Source of the DNA: Octopus vulgaris
Taxonomy: Eukaryota
Assembly: GCA_951406725.2 (NCBI GenBank)
Contig: OX597822.1
Location: 34,038,001-34,102,000, forward strand
Length of the DNA: 64,000 nucleotides
Reading direction: 5' to 3'
The notes under the pieces are model-generated. The model saw only the letters and a list, made by a program, of their open reading frames with translations, had not been told where the DNA came from and made no database searches. The position numbers and the translations under genes are program-made. Positions 1 through 14,800 of the stretch are shown here, in pieces (position 1 is the stretch's first letter; each line of letters begins with the position of its first letter).

Positions 1-1123
1 TGTCAAGCCAAGTGAAATCGTAGTTGTAGCTGATGCCTGGCGCCCATGCCGGTGGCATCTAAAAAGCACCGTTCGAACATTGTGCCTCATGGAAGCTGTG
101 ACAGGTGACCGAAACCGTTGTCGATATACCATACTTGAGAAGTCTGGTCGAGCCAACTGAGATCATAATTGTGGCCGATGCTGGTGGCACATGAAGAGCA
201 CCATTTGAGCATTGAGCCTTACGGAGACAATGACAGATGATTGAGACCTTTGTCAATATACCGTGCTTGAGAAGACCTATCAAGCCGCTGCTGGTATGTA
301 AAAAGTACTGTTCGAGCATTGAGCCTCACAGCATCCAGCTGTTGAAACCATACCAAATCAAATAGGAACCTGGTGCAGCTCTCTGGCTTACCAGTTCTCT
401 GTCAAACCATCTAACCCATGCCAGCATGGAAAACAGATGATAAATAATGATGATAGATGTATGTTACTGTGGGATGAAAGAACAAAACTGGTGTATTTAT
501 GTCCCTGTAACTTAGCGGTTAGGCAAAAGAGACTGATAGAATAAGTCCTGGGGCCAATTTCTTTGACTAACACCCTTTAAGGCAGTGCTTCAGCATGCCC
601 GAAATCAGATGACTGAAACAAATAAAAGAATTATATACGATATTGCGTGATCGACCTGACTATCAGATGGTGTTATACATCACTGGTCACAATGCGCTTT
701 GTATCATTGTAGCTTTTGAATGATGCCACCCCACTTGCTAGGTGAGCAAGCCAACATTGCCCCTGATCAGAATGCTAGTCTGTCATAGAGTGACCCATTT
801 ACAACTGGGTGAACTGGTGCAACATGAAATGAAGTGCTTTGCTCAAGAACACAATGCACTACCTAATCCAGGAATTGAACCTATGACTGCTAGATTGTTA
901 TATAAAAACATATGATAATGCAAGTGATCGAGACCTTTGGCGATATATCATGCTGGAGAAGACCTATCAAGTCAAGTGTCGTGGCCAGTGCTGGTGTTAC
1001 GTAACTGCCACCCATGCTGGTGGCATGTAAAAAGCACCCACTTCACTCTTGAAGTTGTTGGCATTAGGAAGGGCATGGAACCTGGTGCTGTAACTTGATT
1101 TAGAAGACAAGGTACACAGACAA

Positions 1124-1345
1124 GGCAGCGAGCTGGTAGAAACATAAGTACACCGGGCGAAATGTGTAGCCGTATTTTGTCTGCCGTTATGTTCTGAGTT
1201 CAAATTCCGCCGAGGTCGACTTTGCCTTTCATTCTTTTGGGGTCGATATATTAAGTACCAGTACCATATAATCGACTTAATCCGTTTGTCTGTCCTTGTT
1301 TGTCCCCTCTGTGTTTAGCCCCTTGTGGGTAGTAATGAAATAGGT
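1124..1345 (+). mobile_element. tRNA-derived SINE family A (MetaSINE-like core)
   Basis: A/B-box-like gagctggtaga...gagttcaaattcc; core gtcgactttgcctttcat...gtcgat...agtaccag; TSD aggtacacaga. Many copies across the window. Confidence 0.8.
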
Positions 1346-2989
1346 ACACAGATAAAAAGTGTCCCATAACCCCTTGAAGACCTTGTTTCTGTGGAAGTTA
1401 ACAGAACTCGTCTCTCTCGAAACTGCAATCATAGGAAGACTGTGAATCGGTGTGGTAAACTAAGGCATCTCTTTGTGATTAAGAAGCTTGCTTTTCAACC
1501 GTGTGGTTTCATGGTTAGGGGTTCAAACCCACTGTGCGGTGCCTTGGACAAATCTCTTCCATTGTAGCCCTGAGCTGACCAATGCTTTGCAAGTGAATTT
1601 GTAAATGGAAACTGTTTAGAAGCTTATTGTGTGTGTGTGTGTGTATATATATATACACACACATATATATTTATATGTGTATGTGTGTGTATGTATATAT
1701 ATATATATGTGTGTGTGTGTATATATGTTTGAGTGTGATAGAGTTTAAGGTTGCCCTCCCCACATTTAACAACTGGTGTTGGTTTGTTTATGTCTCCCAT
1801 AACCTAGAAGTTTGGCAAAAGAACCTGATACAGTAGAGACTAGGCTTTAAACATATATATATACTGTAGTCAATTTGTTTGACTAAACCCTTTAAAACAG
1901 TGCTCCAGCATGGCTAGAGTGCACTGGCTGAAACAAGTAAAAGATAAATGATTTAATGATGTCTCTGGGATTTTACTATTTGCATTGGTTATTGCAGACA
2001 TGGATCCATTTTCCCTGGACTCCAGATTGCTGGTGCTGGTCTCACTTAAAAAGTACTGGGTGTGGTGCTATGTAAAAAGCACCCAGTACACTCTGTAAAG
2101 TGGCTGGTGTTAGGAAGGGCATCAAGCTGTAGAAACCATGCCTTAACAGACTGGAACCTGGTGTGGCTTCTGGCCTCACCAGCTTCTGTCAAACAGTCCA
2201 ACCCATGCCAGTATGGAAAACGGACATTAAATGATAGTGGTGGTGGTAGCGGTGGCGTTGGTGGCATTGCTAAATTTGTCAGTATTTTAGTACATTTTGC
2301 TACTTCCAGTGTGTAGTGGTAGGGTATCTAATTCTAGCATTTATATTTATAAGAAAAGCAAACTGTACCCTCTAGAGTTAAATGTCATACTCACTGGCGC
2401 TTTTCACAAGACATGCTCTGTTGTCGATACCCTTTCACTTGCAGGGTTGACTGACGCCTCATCTAATTAACTAGTTGTTACTACAAATGGTTGGGTACCC
2501 AAAATAAACAAGGGCTGGGGGTGTATGAAGTGATTGTTTAATCATTAGCTTTGATGTGCGTTGTATTTCTCTTATATATTTTACCATGTAAATTTATATG
2601 ATTATTTTAACCAAAAGATCTCCTGACATTATGAAAAGAATATAATCTGAGAACATTGTTTTTTGTTCTTTTATTTTGCAGCTTTTTTTTCCAGCTTTGA
2701 TATTTTGGCTTTGTACATCTTATTTTTAATTCTCCTCCTCATATTATTTTTTGCATAATGCTTTCCCTCTCTCTTTCCACTCAGCAGAACATGTTTGCTC
2801 TACTACAAAGTAAATCCCCTTCCCTGTACTATCTGCTCCTCCTTATCCCCCTAACCACGCTGTATCACTAACTCCACTTGCATCTTGTGGAAAGCTTTAT
2901 TTTTTTCTTACTTTATTTTATACTTTTCAGCATAAATAATTATTTGAAAAGAAAAATCATTAAATCATTATTATTACTACATGCTACTA

Positions 2990-4690
2990 AGGCGGCGAGC
3001 TGGCAGAATCGTTAGCATGCTGAGTTCAAATTCCGCTGAGGCTGACTTTGCCTTTCATCCTCTCAGGGTTGATAAAATAAGAACCAATTAAACGATGGGG
3101 TTGATGTAACCGACTCATCCCCACCTCCACCAAGCTGCCCTTGTGGCAAAAATTTTAAATAATTATTATGACTGCTCCTGCTTTTTGGCAGAATCAGTAG
3201 TGCAGTGGACAAAATTCTTCATGTTCTGAGTTCAAATCCTACTACAGTCAACTGCCTTTCATCTTTTTAGGATTGGAGACTAAAATAATGATTGTGGTTT
3301 CAATTCCTGGACTGGGCAATGCATTGTGTTCTTGAGCAAAAACACTTCATTTCACATTGTTCCAGTCCACCTGGCTGGTAAAAACGGCTAATCCTGCTAT
3401 GGGTTGGTTGTCCTGTCCAGGGAGGAATAGAGAAACCGGAACATTGGCCCCTATGCTTCTTATGAAGTAATGTGGACAAATTTATTATTTTAAGGTTGGC
3501 AAGCTGATGGAACTATTAAAAGTATTGGGCTAAATGTCTTGCAGGATGTGTTACAGCACTCTCGTTGTATCAGAGGTCGATAAAATAAGGTACCATTTAG
3601 ATACTGGGGTTGATCTCCACTTAAAATTCTTGGCCTTGTGCATAAACCAAATACCGTTATGAAGTAAGCTGGGAGTACTGTTAGAGTGTTGGAGAAAGAG
3701 CCTTGCATTATTTGTTCTGGCTTTCATATTCTGATTTCAAATTCCACCGAGGTCATCATTGCCTTTCATCCCTCTGTGGTTGATGAAATAAAGTACCAGA
3801 TGAGTACTGGGAGTCAATGTAATCAACTGGTCTCTCTAAAGTTGTCAACCGTTTGTGTCTAAACAAGACACAATTATTATTATCATTATATATGATGTAA
3901 AGCTGGCAGGATCGTTAGCGCACTGGATGAAATGCTTAGCGGTATTTCACTTGTCGCTATGTTCTGAGTTCAAATTCCGCCAGGGTTGACTTTGCCTTTC
4001 ATCCTTTCGGGATCGATTAAATAAGTACCAGATACACACCAGGGTCGATGTAATCGATTTAATCCCTCTCCAACAAATTTAAGGTCTTGTGCTTCCAGTA
4101 GAAAGGATAATAATAATTATTATTATCGTTATACACAAGGCAGTTAGCTAGCAGAATCGTTGGCATGCCAGGCAAAATGCTTTATGGCATTTGATCTGTC
4201 TTTACGTTCTGAGTTCAAATCCCACTGAGGCCAGCTTTGACTTGCATCCTTTCAGGGTCGATTTAATTGACTAAGCACCTCCCCCAAACTTGCTGCCCTT
4301 GTGCCAAAATTTGAAACCATTCTTAAAGCAGTGCCAGATGTTACATCATCATCATCATCATCAACAGCAGCAGCAGGAGGATTTTATGTCCTCATTTACT
4401 GGCTACTAAGGACTGGATGGTGTGTGATCTGACATTGTGTTTTGCCATTGGTAATGAGCTTTCATCATTTGACACATACAACAACACAGAAAACCGTCAA
4501 TCTTTGATGTTGTGTGTACTATGTACTATGGTTTTCTTTAATATTAATGCCCTTCCTATTAGCAACTACTTTATGACATCGATTGGATGTAATGAGTACC
4601 AGTTGAAAACTGGGGTTGATGTAATTGACTCCTCCCCTTCCCCAAAATTGTTACCCTTGTGGCAAAATTTGAAAGCATTATTATTATTAT
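2990..4690 (+). mobile_element. Cluster of about 7 co-oriented family-A SINE copies/fragments
   Basis: Repeated ctggcagaatcgttagc...gagttcaaattcc...gcctttcatcc units separated by (TTA)n. Confidence 0.8.
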
Positions 4691-5649
4691 TTTTCTTGTC
4701 AAAATTTTTGTAGTATGATGCCTTTCCTATCACCAATCACTTTACAGCATCGACTAGATGCATTTTATATTGCCACCAACACTTGAGAGATTGTCTGCCT
4801 AGACTAAATTGTCCCCTCTGAATTAGCTTTTATTCTGAATTACTATCTTGCTAGACGGGCTACCATTGCTGCAGCATGTGAGGTCTACATTTCTTCCTCA
4901 TTTGGGGTATAATTGTACAACTAGATGCAGTCCACTCTGCAAGGTGGTTGGTATTAGGAAGGGCATCCAGTCATAAAAACCATGCCAAAACAGACACAGA
5001 AGCCTGGGGTAGTCTTCTACCTGGCCAGCTCCTGTCAAACTGTCCAACCCATGCTAGCATTGAAAGCAGACACTAAATGATGATGCTCTTCAAATCTGCA
5101 ACCATTTTACACCATGAACTAATGTGTATTTTATCATGCCACCAGCACTAGTGCACCTGCTGCCTAAGACTAAAGAGTGCTTTATACCTTATAGTATTTA
5201 GTTAAGTCCCTTTACATTCTGAGCTTATATCCTGCTGATCTTGACTCTGCTTTTATCTTTCTGGATAGTATATGTGCCAGGTATGGAAGCACACACCATT
5301 GTAGCGTGTCACTGCATCCACCATTTGTCAGTATCTGCTTGGGTCCTCTTGAGCAACCCTCCGAGCAGTGACCCTGTCAGTTTCCGTCTCTGGGAGGTAA
5401 ACTTCCTTGTCTGTTGTATGAGCCATGTGGCTGACCAGCATGAGCTGTCACCCCACTACCAATAATGATTAAATCAACTTCACCTTGGAGGTGGTGTTGA
5501 AGTATGACCTTGTCTTGAACAGTCTAAAAACAATCTAAAGATTGGCCTGTATGGCCTGTTCCAAAGTAAAAAATATAAACAAACAACCAAAAATCCATAG
5601 GTAGCACCCCTTTTTTTATTGGTTCACCTGCCTTTTTTGTGTGTGTGTA

Positions 5650-6015
5650 TCTCTATGTATATAAACAGCAAAATGTCTGTGTGTGTGTGTCCTTTATACA
5701 AATCCATAATTTTTCAGTTAGAGGGCTCGCACTTTCTATGGTCATTCAAAACCGTCCAAGGGTGGTCGTGCACATCTTTACCTTTCCCCAGTCACCCTGC
5801 AAAGTCATTAAAAAATTAATAGAAGTGACTTTTTTGTGAATTTTCTATCCAAAACCCAATCAAAATGCCCGAAACTTGATACGCCAATTGAATGCCGGCT
5901 AGCTGTATGTGATTAGTCGGAGATTTGGACAGTACTCGCGTGTATGTGTGCACGCACACAGCTGTGTATGCATGCACTAGCACTATGACCCGGCATTGCT
6001 GGGTCATAGTGCTAG
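5650..6015 (+). mobile_element. Non-autonomous Helitron
   Basis: 5' a|TCTCTATGTATATAAA; 3' hairpin ending CTAG|t; AT target with no TSD. Confidence 0.75.
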
Positions 6016-6211
6016 TATATATATATGTATATATATAATATATCCTTATCTGCTTGCACGCATATATTGATAGTATTTTAATCAGCCAAATCTTTTAACA
6101 TTAGCTAAACTATGTATTTCACATTTGGCAAGCTGTATAAGACACTACTCAGTATTCACTTTGAAACTATATGATTTGAGTTCCTATCTTCCTACGTGAT
6201 ACTTTGAGCTA

Positions 6212-6278
<67 letters not shown>

Positions 6279-6536
6279 TTACTATTATGCAAAAGTGTTG
6301 TAAGTCCCAGACTTTGCTTTTTGTGAAGATGAAAAAAATAGTTTCACCATTCCATAACAAACCTATTGTACTACACTTTGATAATTTTTGATATCTTGGC
6401 ATCTGAAGCAGCTGGAGATGCGATAGGTTGACCAAAAGAACCAGTCATTGCAAGCAAAAGTAAATATTGCAAAAGTGCATTTGGCCAAATTTGGACATAC
6501 AACAGTTTAACATAATAGCAGCATTATATATATATA

Positions 6537-6699
6537 GGCGCAGGAGTGTCTGTGTGGTAAGTAGCTTGCTTACCAACCACATGGTTCTAGGATCAGTCCC
6601 ACTGTGTGGCACCTTGGGCAAGTGTCTTCTACTATAGTCTCGGGCCAACCAAAGCCTTGTGAGTGGATTTGGTAGACGGAAACTGAAAGAAGCCTGTTG

Positions 6700-6731
<32 letters not shown>

Positions 6732-6930
6732 CGTATGTATGTATATATCTGTGTGTGTTTGTCCCCCCATTATCACTTGACAACCGATGTTAGTGTGTTC
6801 ATGTCCCTGTAACTTAGAGTTTCGGCAAAAGGAACTGATAGAATAAGTACTGGGCTTACAAAGAATGAGCGTTCGACTAAAGGTGGTGCACCAGCATGAC
6901 CGCAGTCAAATGACTGAAACAGATAAAAGA
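6537..6930 (+). mobile_element. tRNA-derived SINE family B (CORE-like) with internal (TA/TG)n; other copies at about 12920-13297(-), 38949-39347(+), 53125-53465(+), 56377-56765(-), 62390-62790(+), 63209-63610(+)
   Basis: tRNA-like head tgtggtaag...tcagtccc; CORE-like gtggcaccttgggcaagtgtcttc; conserved tail ...gtcaaatgactgaaaca. Confidence 0.8.
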
Positions 6931-9900
6931 ATATATATATATATATATATAATACAAGCATGTATGTGTGCATGTGACATGTTTGTAATTGACTTAACTA
7001 CTCCTGGGTATGAATATAATAAATCCGCACCCCTCTGCCAAACCATGTCAAGCTCATGTAGCAGAATAGGCTCATCAGACCAGTATGATCTCAAGCTCAA
7101 ATTCACGGCCTCCACGTTGGACTGTCGTTGGTGGAGAGAGCATGTGGAGTTCTTTGTCCTGCAGTGGACTGAACATGGACAATTCAGTTGAGTTCAAACC
7201 AATGCTTGCGTCTATATACATCTGTGTATGTGGGTGTGGGTAAATGTTCACATTTTATGTGTGAGTAAAACGGTGATGTCATGTTTACATCCCTTACAAA
7301 CAATACATTATATTGTTTTGTGTTTTTTGACTTATGGTGACTGGTAAAACAATAAAACCCATACTTGCCAAACTAGTTGAGGTTGGCCTCAGGGTGAGCA
7401 TCTGACTTTAAAATACTGTCCCCAATGAGATCTTCATCCAGTCCATGCCAGCATGGGAAAGCAAAATTAGAATGGACCAACTAGCATGTGTCCAAATGTG
7501 GATAAGTCTGCTTTGCAATCACATGGTAATTGGTTTGATTCCATTGTGAGGTACTTTGGGCAAGTTTTTCTACAACAGCTTTGGGTTGACCAATGGTTTG
7601 TGGTTGAAATTTGATGGACAGAAGTTTTGCTGTAGCTTGCCATGTATATGTGTGTATATCTTGTGTCAGTATGCATGTGTGAGAAAGTTGGTGTATTCAA
7701 GTGAGAGCAACATTGTGACTTTTGTTCTGCTCAAGTTACACAGACATTCTCTTGTCATTTTTATCATCATCATTTAATGTCCGTTTTTCATGCTGGTATA
7801 GGTTGGCTGGTAAGCAGGAGAGCTGCACCAGGTTCCACTTTGATTTGGCTTGGTTTCTTTGGCTGGATGCCCTTCCTAATACCAACCATTCCACAGAATG
7901 TACTGGGTGCTTTTTACATGACACCAGCATGGGTGCTCTTTACATAGTCCAGCAAAGGTGCTTTTTAAGTGGCACCAGCACAGGTGCTTATGTAGTGCCA
8001 AACATGGGTAATTTTTACATGGCACCAGCATGTGTATGTGGAACCAATATGAGTAATTTTTATGTGGCACCAGCTCTTAGAAATGAAAATGCAGTGAAGC
8101 AGTGATTGGTTTATTGGAAATCTATACCTAGTGGGCTTTATTAAGTCCAGGATCTGAGGAAACTAAAGTGGTGGTCTCTGTAGGCAATGATTCATTCAGT
8201 AGAATTGTCAAATTAGGATAGATTTATGTGATGTGGGTTGGTGAGAAAACTAGTGTGTTGAAAAAGCCCTCTTTGTTGTTGAGAGAAAGTTTGTCTGATG
8301 GTTATGGTTGCATTGAGCAATATTTATTGATTTGTTACCTTGATCTGTCATGGATATCAAATGGGCGGACTGCATCTCCAATTTTGCAGTCCTTGAGAAA
8401 TCTCAGGTCAACAGCATTTTGAAGCCACCAGACATTGTCTCAGATGGACAGATGATGTGTGCCATATGAGAAAGAAAATGATCCAGCTTTTCCCTTCTGC
8501 ATCTTTTGCAGTGAACTCAGCACTGGCAAAATACTGCCCTCTGTAATGTTGCAATGATCAAATCAAACAGATTATGAGAAAGAGCAACATCAACCTTCAG
8601 CCTGAGAAGAACCAGCAGTGGATTAGCAAACTCTACCTTCAGACAATCTTGACTGTTGCAGGTTCATTTGGAAAAGAGCATTTCAGAAATGAAGAGGTCA
8701 AACAATGAAGATGAAAATTCTGTCACTCTCTCCATTAGCTGAAATTTGTGCAAATGTGTGTTTTATGCTTGGGTTAGTCTTCTCCATCATTAGAAGTGCC
8801 GACAGCACAACAAATGAAAAAACGAAAAGCGGAATGAAATGTTTGGAAACGAAGAAAGCTGATGGCAGTTTTGGAGAGCAGGGAAACCTCCATTATCAAG
8901 TCATTAAAGAAGTCTTGTTTTTCTTTGTACCATCACGTTAATATTTTTATATCAATGTAATGTGTGTGTGTGTGGCTGTTGTGTATACTCTTATTGTAAG
9001 CAAAAATAACTGACATACAAAGACAGTCTCATTTATTTGGAAATAGATGAAGGTTGTTGACAGGAAGAGCATCCAGGCATGACTAGAAAAACCTGCTTCA
9101 ACAGCTTTCATTGGGCCTACACAAACAAGCAGGGAAATGTGGCACTTCAAAATAATGATGATGACAATGACAACAACCTTTCTAGACTATGAACTTCCAT
9201 TATGAGGTTAAGAGGTGCTAGCAGAGATTAGTGATTATTATTAAGTGCAAAGAAACTCCAGTGGTTACATCGGACAGAAAGGTAGAGTTGTCTGAATTAT
9301 TACTGTTCTTAATAGGTGCAGGCATGACTGTGGTAAGAAGTTTGCTTGCCAACCGCATGATGGTTGTGCCTGTATGTTAAAAGCACCCAGCACACACTGT
9401 AAAGTGGTTGGCATTAGGAAGGGCAGTCAGTTGTTGAAACCAAGACAAATCAGACTGGAACCTGGTGCACTGCTCCAGCTTGTCAACTCTGGTCAAACCA
9501 TCCAACCCATGCCAGCATGGAAAACAGACGTTAAAGGATGATGATAATGATGATGATGAAAGAGGGTAAGACAGCGAGCTGAAGGGCTGCACTAGGTTCC
9601 AGTCTGATTTGGCTTGGTTTCAACAACTGAATGCCCCTCCTAATTCCAGGCAAAGTGTTTAGTGGTCTTTTGTCTATCTTAATGTCCTGAGTTCAAATTC
9701 TGCCAAAGGTGACTTTGCTTTCATCCTTTTGGGGTTGATAAATTAAGCACCAGTTGCATACTGGGGTCAATGTAATCGATTTCCCCTTCCCCTCAAAATT
9801 TCAGGCCTTGTGCCTATAATAGAAAGGATTATTAAAGTGGGTGGGTGACTGGCAGAATTGTTAGACTGTCAGATAAAATGTACCACACAATTGCATGTTT

Positions 9901-10146
9901 ATTCCATTGCAGCAAAGTGCAATGCCGATGTCAGAACACATTTACCACCATATCGTACTATGCTGCAGGATGAAGAAGGGTTAAAAAATCACTGTAGAAC
10001 TTCTCTGTTTGTTCATAGTATGTTCCCTGCATTAGGTAGTGGGCATGTTAGAGAGATATCCTGATTTTAATGTCAACGATTTCATTACATAGCTTTCTAT
10101 TTTCAGACAAGAAAAGGGACTGTCCTGTAATCATCTTAATAATTAA

Positions 10147-10366
10147 CCCTTTTGATACAAACCCACCCAAGGCTACCCCTGTTTCTATGACCTAAGCTTA
10201 CTGTTTTAGTGTGATCTAAATTAAAACCTTCCCTCGAAATTTTATGTTAATTTGTTCCAGACGGCAGCTTAATAATACGAAAGTTATTTTACTAAATTCT
10301 TCAATATTTTAAAAATGGATTGAAACTAAAATGGTATATGTCAATAGAAATATGGTACCAAAAGGG
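10147..10366. mobile_element. piggyBac-type MITE, family 1 (decayed inverted copy at about 41362-41581)
   Basis: TTAA|CCCTTTTGATAC...GTACCAAAAGGG|TTAA. Confidence 0.85.
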
Positions 10367-11616
10367 TTAAGACATCATTGAAGAACTTGTTTGCATGTAT
10401 TTATCTCCAGAAAGTCCGCCTCATAGAACTGGATTTTTGTCAAGTTTTAATTGAAGTAGCTGGGATATTTGGGTCCAGCTGCACTTTGCAAACCCAGTAT
10501 AAATATTTATTTCTTTATTGCTCACAAGGGGCTAAAAATAGAGGTGGGGGAACAAGGACAGACAAAGGGATTAAGTCAATTACATCGATACCAGTGTGTA
10601 ACCGGTACTTATTTAATTGACCCTGAAAGGATGAAAGGCAAAGTCGACCTCAGCAGAATTTGAACTCAAAATGTAATGGCAACCAAAATATAGCTAAGCA
10701 TTTCACCAGGCGTGCTAACAATTCTACCAGAATCCAGTATAAATATTGACATAAATCTTACAGCATTGCTGCTGATTATAACATAGGATGCCATTTCTAT
10801 ATGTAAAGGAATATATTCACTCTTTAGTAGACTGAGACATTGAGAGTCAGGTGTGTCTGGAGAGACAGGTTATATCCTAATAGTTATTATTTTGCATCCA
10901 ATTTTTCATGCATCACTATGCTGCTTGAGGCTTGTTCCGCAACATCTTGCTGGAGTACAGTATCCTGAGATCAGTCTTTAAATCTTGTTCCACGGGTTCC
11001 ATCTATTTGGATTCCATGGTATTTTACCCTATGGTCATGCTTCGTACATCAGTTACCAGATGTATAACTGTTTGTATGTTGGTTAGAGACAAGACACTAA
11101 TCCAGCCTTGATACTGGATTACTGATAAACTACTGATACTCTTGGGAAAGTCATGAACATCACATAATCTCACTTGTTTGAGTTTTTATCCTAATGCGGG
11201 GAATAAAGATTAAAAAATTTTTTTTCCCTCTTATTGGAACCATTTCTCAATGGAAGCTGTGTTGTTAAATTCTTCAACAGTGCTTGACATAAGAATTTCT
11301 TAGCTAAATTGTCTGTAACCCTTCCTTCATCGCTCCCTCCCATCAATCTCAGAGGTTCTATAAATGGTTAATGCCTTCTCTCCTCACTAAGATTAAAAAC
11401 AAAAACTGGTCTAGGGTAACCCTTTGATTTCAGTTGGTTTACTTTTTTTGATTTTTATTATAGAATCTATCAAGTAGGAGCCTTTTACATGATCATTGCC
11501 TTGGAATATCATAGGTGTGTAGGCAAATCCTGTTGGCCCTTTGAATAATGTTACTGCTATTTCAGTAAAGATTAGCCAGGGGCAGGTTTCAGTTACTTTC
11601 TTGTTGTTATTTAAGG

Positions 11617-11844
11617 CAGTGCTTCTCAAACTATCTGATGTGGCATGCCGGCAGTTTTTTTTCCCCCCAATGTGCCAGGGACCAGTAATATTTCTTAGTA
11701 ATATTAATTTATACTGGAAATAATATATATAATGAATATAATAAAAGTTGACAATAAGCATTTTCATAATGTTTCTTTCTTTTCTGGAAACTCCTTGCAT
11801 ACTGGCACCTGATGGCTCATGGACCACCACTTTGAGTAGCACTG
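11617..11844. mobile_element. hAT MITE
   Basis: TIR CAGTGCTTCTCAAA / TTTGAGTAGCACTG; perfect 8-bp TSD ATTTAAGG. Confidence 0.9.
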
Positions 11845-14800
11845 ATTTAAGGGGTTAAATCCAACATAACATCCTTTACTCCTCCTTAACTTTCTACGCT
11901 CAAACATCATTTATAAGATAGATGGACATGTGCTTCTATAAGTTGAGATGTTAATTGGGGACACGATGCTCTCGTTTCTTTCAGTAACTTGAAGATATTA
12001 TCACTAAGCATACCAAGTTGCATGAACAAGAGCTACCCTCCATAAACATGTAGCTTTGAGTTGTTGTATCTCATGGCTTGACACCCTAGGCAATTGTCTC
12101 TACAATAACCTTAAACCAACCACTATCATCATCGTTTGATGTCCATGTTTCACGTTGGCAAGGGTTGGATGGTGTGATAGGATCTGACAGCCCTTAGGGC
12201 TATGTTGGTCTTCAGTGTTTGCAATGTCATGGCTTCTATGGAAAGATACCCTTCCTCATGCCAACCACTTTCCAGAGTGGACTGGGTGCTTTTATTGTGT
12301 GCGTGGTACCAGCACTAGTGAGGTCACCAAGTAATGTGTAGGACAAAACCCCTTCACAAAAAAAGTGCTTGCAGTATTGAGTTGGGTGGCTTTGTGCCAG
12401 ATGCTGAGAAGCTAATGTATGAAAGAGGGACAGGAACAGGTATCTCATTGTAGAGGAGATACATAGCTGCCTCAGCAGGGAAAGGAAAAGGGATGTGGAG
12501 ATGAGGTATCAGAGCATACCCTTTACGTACAGTAAGTTGTATGGAGAAGAATTAAAATATGGAGTGCTTCACAAATTTACATGCCATACCTGGAATCGGT
12601 TGACAGAAACTGTATGGAAGCCTGATGTATAGTCATGTACGTGTGAATGTATTTGTGTTTATCTGGGCAAATGATGACTTCACAGCTTTGCATGTCACTG
12701 CCTGAGTGAAACTCTGATGTGATCTTTACAATTCTTGTTAAGAATATGTACCATAAACTTTGTGCTTTTACAATCTTCCAAAAATTGTTCCTTTATTTGA
12801 AACAAAAATAGAAGGGTTGGTGACAGGAAGGGCAACTGGCTGCTGCTGTAAATAAATCTGCATGGAAAATGAATCTGAAAGGAAGAATATGAAGGAAATA
12901 CTTCTTTCTGTTGTTCTTTACCCTTTTGCTTGTTTCAGTCAGTTGACTGGCCATGCTGGAGCACCGCCTTTAGTTGAGCAAATCGACCCCAGGACTTATT
13001 CTTTGTAAGCCTAGTACTTATTCTATTGGTCTCTTTTGCTGAGCAGCTAAGTTACGGGGACATAAACACACCACCATTGGTTGTCAAGCAATGGTGGGGG
13101 GACACACCCATACATACATACATATATATATACATGACGGGCTTCTTTCAGTTTCCGTCAACCAAATCCACTCACATGGCTTTGGTCGGACCGAGGCTAT
13201 AGTAGAAGACACTTGCCCAAGGTGCCACGCAGTGGGAATGAACCCGGAACCATGTGGTTATTAAGCATTCTACTTACCTCACAGCCACCTCTGCACCTAT
13301 TTGAACAAGATACAGTTGAAACCCTCAGACTTAGTACAACACATGATTTGCACAATTTCTGATGATCTTGCTTGTTCGCCTAACATATATATCGTTGTTA
13401 TAACTGCATCACAGAATGTTGGATTTCTCTTTAGAGTTCGAAAATACTCCATTTGCTGGGACTCTGTGGAGCCCAAGCAAGACTAGAAGTACTGTTCTCC
13501 ATATATGTGACACTACTGCTGCCATACACACAAACGTCCTTGTCTAAATCCAGAGGCTGGCCATATTACTGAATGGTGAAGATCCATTCATTGATACAAC
13601 TGGCATACACACACACACACACAATTTCCTTTCTCTGTCCACCCCAACCCCGTTTGTTACCCTTATTCTGTCTCTCCTCGCTGATTCTGCTACAATCCTT
13701 TCTTTCCAGAAAACACACACTCTCTCCCTTTCTCCCCACTTTTGTGCCATACCTTTTTACTGGCATTGGCAATCATGTACCTCCATGCAAAAGCCTGGAG
13801 ATTGATGAATCCTGTGAAGGGAAGATATGACAGCAGTTTCCCTTTTCTGCTTGATTATCTCTCTTGAGCTTACCCATGAAGCACAGAATCTTTTTAACCC
13901 TTAAGTAGTGGGGTTGATTCACATGACATCAATGCATCTCCACACATGAGTGGGTCTGTGTGGCACATATTTAGGGGTTCGGCCATCTCCCACATTCTGT
14001 TTGCTTTAGCCACAGGGCCATCTTCTGATATGTAACCTATATTGGGGTGTCATGTAACTGGCACCCCTGCTGGTGGCACGTAAAAGCACCCATTACACTC
14101 TTGGAGCGGTTGGTGTTAGGAAGGGCATCCAGCTGTAGAAACCGTGTCAAACTGGACTGGAGTCTGATGCAGCCCCTCAGCTTGCCAGCCCTGGTCAAAC
14201 TGTCCAACCCATGCCAGTGTGGACAACAGATGCTAAATGATGATGATGATGATGGTTGGGGACCCTTGAAAGGTACTGCCATTCCAAGGCAGAGTGGAAT
14301 AGGTATAGTGGTAATTAAGAGATAATTCCTCACTTTCCAAAACTCTCAACAAGCTGGAGCCTCATCGCTGAATGCAGTTTAATGTCTTGTGCAAGACTTT
14401 CAGAAAACTACAACCCTTTATATGATTCAACTATGAACAGTCAACTTGCTTGAAAAAGCAGTCAACTGTCCTTCAAATCAAATTAAAAAAAATTAATGAT
14501 GCTGACATAATCTTAAATATACTATTTCTAAAATTTGAGATTAAATGTTCAAATCTGGAACATCTACAGTCATAAGTCTGCTTAGACGGGTCTGACCTAG
14601 ACCTAAACAACACCAACTCTTTGGAATTCTCTCTACTTGTACATCAAGTATATCACTCTCATATATATAAGAGAATTTGCAAACATCATGGGTTCTGTGA
14701 CACTTCATCATCATCGTTTAACGACCGTTTTCCATGCTAGCATAGGTTGGACAGAGAGCATAGGTTGGACGAAATGATATCCACTGCATGTGTTTTGTTC

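Noticed and set aside
8100-8930. Possible coding exon or LINE endonuclease remnant (also 22270-22870 and 39700-40080)
   Set aside because: Only faint, stop-ridden similarity to retroelement proteins; too weak to call without a profile search.
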